This document shows, in pieces, positions 60,869 through 64,000 of a stretch of DNA of 64,000 nt. A program made the position numbers and the translations under genes. Source of the stretch: Blepharisma stoltei ATCC 30299 (lineage: Eukaryota > Protista > Ciliophora); contig CBFDEM010000017.1 in assembly GCA_965603825.1 (NCBI GenBank), positions 186,001 to 250,000 on the forward strand, written 5' to 3'. Position 1 is the stretch's first letter, and each line of letters opens with the position of its first letter. The notes under the pieces were generated by a model. The model saw only the letters and a program-made list of their open reading frames with translations, searched no databases and was not told where the DNA came from.

Positions 60869-63380
60869 TTAAGAAAATGACTTTATTGCCTTGCCCTCAC
60901 ATAATAGATTCAGCCCATAAGACTGGATAGGCTTCTCTACAGGACCTTTTGGCTTAAAAAGTAATGAAAAATTCCCAGTATCAATTTCAATATGTTTTTT
61001 CTTTTTACTAGCAAAATGATAGTCTACCATAACTTTAATAGTATCTTCCATAACTAAATGGACAAGCTCTTCAGTTACTTGTGTAGAATAATCCATAGCT
61101 GGGCTCGCATTTACTTCAATAAGCCATGGATTATTATTGTCATCAATCATTATGTCAAACCCAAACAGCTCAGATGAATTTTTCCGATTATCAATCATAT
61201 CTTGTACACATTCCAATGAGTGTTTTACAATATTTTTTATTCTTGGTTTAATATCTTCTTCTCATAGGTCTCTGCCTGTTTCTTCTCTTAAATATTCTGC
61301 AAATTCTTCGGAATGCCACATACAGCCTTCAATTTCTGAAGAATAAAATAGCTCAGAATTTTTTTGGATTGAGTTATTGGTAAGATGCACATAGTTGTTG
61401 CTTAAATCGTCAAAGGTGAAGTCTTCAACGCCAAATCTTAAGTAGCAGCGCTCATAAAATCAGACTGTTAAGGGATTTCAGCATGTAACTAAAACCCATT
61501 GACGAATATCAAATTTTTTTCTTAATATTAATTTGGGATTTTCTATGTATTTTTGAACGACCCATCCTCCTTCTTTTTGGATATGATTTTGAATATCTGA
61601 AAGATTGTTGTAGCAGTTTATACCTCTGCCACGTGATAGGCCTGCAGGTTTTACTATTCAAATATTGAGGCAGCCGTTTATATTGAACTGTGGAAATTTT
61701 TGCATCATGAGTTGAGCGATTTCTCGGGCTTGTTGGAGTAGGTGAGGGTTTTCTAGCCCTGAAAGATCTTCATCTTTGGTGTTGTCAGAAATTATTGCTC
61801 ATTCATCTTCTTTTACAAGTTCCCATCCATCAATATTCGGATCATCAACTAGCTCATCCAAGTCTTTTAGTCGTCTTTGACATATAGAAATCGCTATCCT
61901 TAATTTCTCTTCTTTAATCTTTATTCCAGATAGTGCTTTTTTCAATAGTGCTTCAGCCCTCAAAGCTTTGAATTCTGTAATAAAATCGTCAAGTTCTGGC
62001 TGCTCACTTACCTCAAAACATCTAGGATAAAATGTATCAATATCAACATTGCAAAATCATATTAAATTTTTCAGATTTTTAGATAATCCTGCCTTTGTGG
62101 TTATCGTAGTGCTCTCATCAAAATGATTACAAAGCTGATGCTCTTGTAGATTTGGAAAATCAATGTCTTTTCTTCGAACTGTCCAAATAAGATCAAAACA
62201 AGGGCTATTTACGTCTGGATTTTCAAATCAGTCTTACTATTTGATGATTACCTCTATCAAGCAATGCTTTTCTTATATCAGGATAAGTCCCATTTATCAC
62301 AAAAATTTTATCTTTTTCGCTGAGCTTGTATTTTTTTCTGAAAATTGAGATGTCTGTAATTGTGCACCCAGGCCATCTTTTGGGGACCTGGACAAGTCTT
62401 TGGAGGATTTTTTCGTCAGATTTTTTAGGCTTTTTGACTGGAGATTGCTGAGGAGCTGGTAGTTCTTCTTTAGATACCACATTGGTTTTGACTTTATTTA
62501 AAACTGATTCTTTTAAAGCTTGCCTCATCCTTAATTCTCTATCTTTTGCTTCTGACTCCTTTTTAGCCTCTATCATTTTTCTTTCTGCTAATTGATTTAG
62601 GTGTTCTTGAGCTCTTCTAAATATCTTTTCTGCTGCTTCTCTTGCTAATTTCTGCTTAATTTTATCATCTTCTGCAGGCTTAAAAGGGGTCTGTGGTTTT
62701 GGTTTTGGTTTATTTACATTTACAAAGGATGCATATTTTGATGCTTTTAGTTCAGCGATTTCACTTTCTGATAAATTATTTGAATTAATCATACTTGAAA
62801 TGGTAGGGTTAAACAATTTTGAGGAGACATTGACAAATCCTAGATCTTCTTTAAGCTTCTTCATATTATTCAATTTCTTTTGCTCTTCTATTTCTTTTAA
62901 TTGCTGTTTATATTTATTATTTTCTTGAAGAGTTTCGAGGAGAGTGTGATATCTTGATCTATAATAATTTTGAAAATTATTCGATTTTTGACTGGATTCA
63001 CTAAAATCCTCAGTTTTGAATTTGTCATCATTTTCTTCTTCTTTTGCATTTTCACATACAGTTTTTGGCCTTTCTTCTTTGCTATTATTAACTTCGTTTC
63101 GTTTTAAAATTAAAGAAGCTAGTCTTTGTCTGGTGATTTCAAGTTTTTGTTTTTCTTGCTCGAGGTCTTGAAGCCTCTGGTCCTTTTTTTCTTTCAAAGT
63201 TTTAAGATATTTAATGTTGCGCTCATGGAAGTTAATATTTTTTGAAGATGGAGCATCAGTTGATCTATTGCGAGGTCTCAGCTGAAAATTTGGAGGGGAT
63301 GTGGTGCTTGAGTGAGTCTTGTATTCAATAACTCGAAGCTGAGGTCTACCTTGCCTTTCTGTGATTACTTCTTCAGACAT
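60869..63380 (-). CDS. TTLL3: TTLL3-type tubulin glycylase (~830 aa)
   Basis: [12 protein letters not shown](W)FENPD, NHF...ITTKAGL, FYPRCF, NI(W)[51 protein letters not shown]. Seven TGA read as Trp; intron 62233-62251. Confidence 0.88.
62233..62251 (-). other. 19-nt GT-AG intron gtaatcatcaaatagtaag containing an internal 15-nt acceptor
   Basis: Only a 3n+1 excision joins the N-terminal ORF to the TTL domain. The 15-nt splice hits TAG after about 10 codons. Confidence 0.7.
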
Positions 63381-63551
63381 TTAAATATGGAATCTTTATA
63401 ATTCATAAGAATATTAAATTTGTGAAAATTAAGGCAAGAAAGATTATGATTTATTCAGTATTTTTATTTGATTATTAAAAATAAATTAACAATATTATAA
63501 GGTTTAATTAGTTAAGATTTGTGTATAATCCAAAAATGGTTAACATTATTA

Positions 63552-64000
63552 TTAGTCTCTAGAGGAAAAAAGTCCCAACCTTTCAAGTTTTTTCCTTAGA
63601 TCTCCAGTTAATGCTGGCTGCAATTTCGTTTTAATCCTGAATTTCATAGGATTTTGAGACGAATTTTTAATATTTTCAGCACTCACATTAAGTTGTGACT
63701 CATACTTATTTTTTGAGTCTAATAAATTTGGCTTCAAGATCTTCTTAGTTAACGATTTATATTTAAGCATAGGTCTTGTATATGGAAATTGTGGAGTCTT
63801 ATCTCTAGTTGGTGGTTTAGGGCTCTGAAGCCTAAGTTTAGTAGGAGTAATTGAAGATCTCGCAAATAAATTTAAATCCGTCGCATTTTTCCCTGACATG
63901 TTAACACTTGAATGCCCATCTGCTGAGCTTGCATTTGTTGAAAGTGATGGTGTAGCCTTTTTTAAATCATTAGTAATGTTCTTCACAACCAATTTTGGGC
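63552..64000 (-). CDS. Hypothetical protein, 5' end beyond window
   Basis: Frame is open from the window edge to TAA at 63552-63554. Confidence 0.6.
   Translation of the reverse strand, partial: PKLVVKNITNDLKKATPSLSTNASSADGHSSVNMSGKNATDLNLFARSSITPTKLRLQSPKPPTRDKTPQFPYTRPMLKYKSLTKKILKPNLLDSKNKYESQLNVSAENIKNSSQNPMKFRIKTKLQPALTGDLRKKLERLGLFSSRD

Overview
Gene-dense, AT-rich eukaryotic DNA, most likely the macronuclear genome of a heterotrich ciliate of the genus Blepharisma (inferred from genetic code and intron size, not from a database match). In-frame TGA falls at invariant Trp positions, TAA and TAG are the only stops, and the introns are tiny (mostly 15 nt, GT-AG, A at position 10). The supplied ORF track therefore splits most genes. 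Re-reading with UGA=Trp gives about 33 genes, including choline kinase, an EH-domain protein, a sugar porter, Utp3, AMPK/SNF1, two TTLL3-type glycylases, a BAH-PHD protein, SCP2, an ankyrin-TRF4-type nucleotidyltransferase, bL20m, a double-UBC E2, two SLC37 paralogs, CCDC57, TOP1, RuvBL2, clathrin light chain, Myb, a TBC1D24-like protein, a giant GBP, a GNAT, COX6B-like and EF-hand proteins. The most unusual items are: (1) a decayed bacterial island of about 1.3 kb (~8.85-10.15 kb) with Shine-Dalgarno-led genes and a frameshifted IS256 element; (2) two introns where the canonical 15-nt splice breaks the frame, one needing a 16-nt GT-GG and one a 19-nt excision; (3) unusual domain fusions; (4) a frameshifted phoD pseudogene. 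No rRNA, tRNA, CRISPR or telomeric repeat was recognised.
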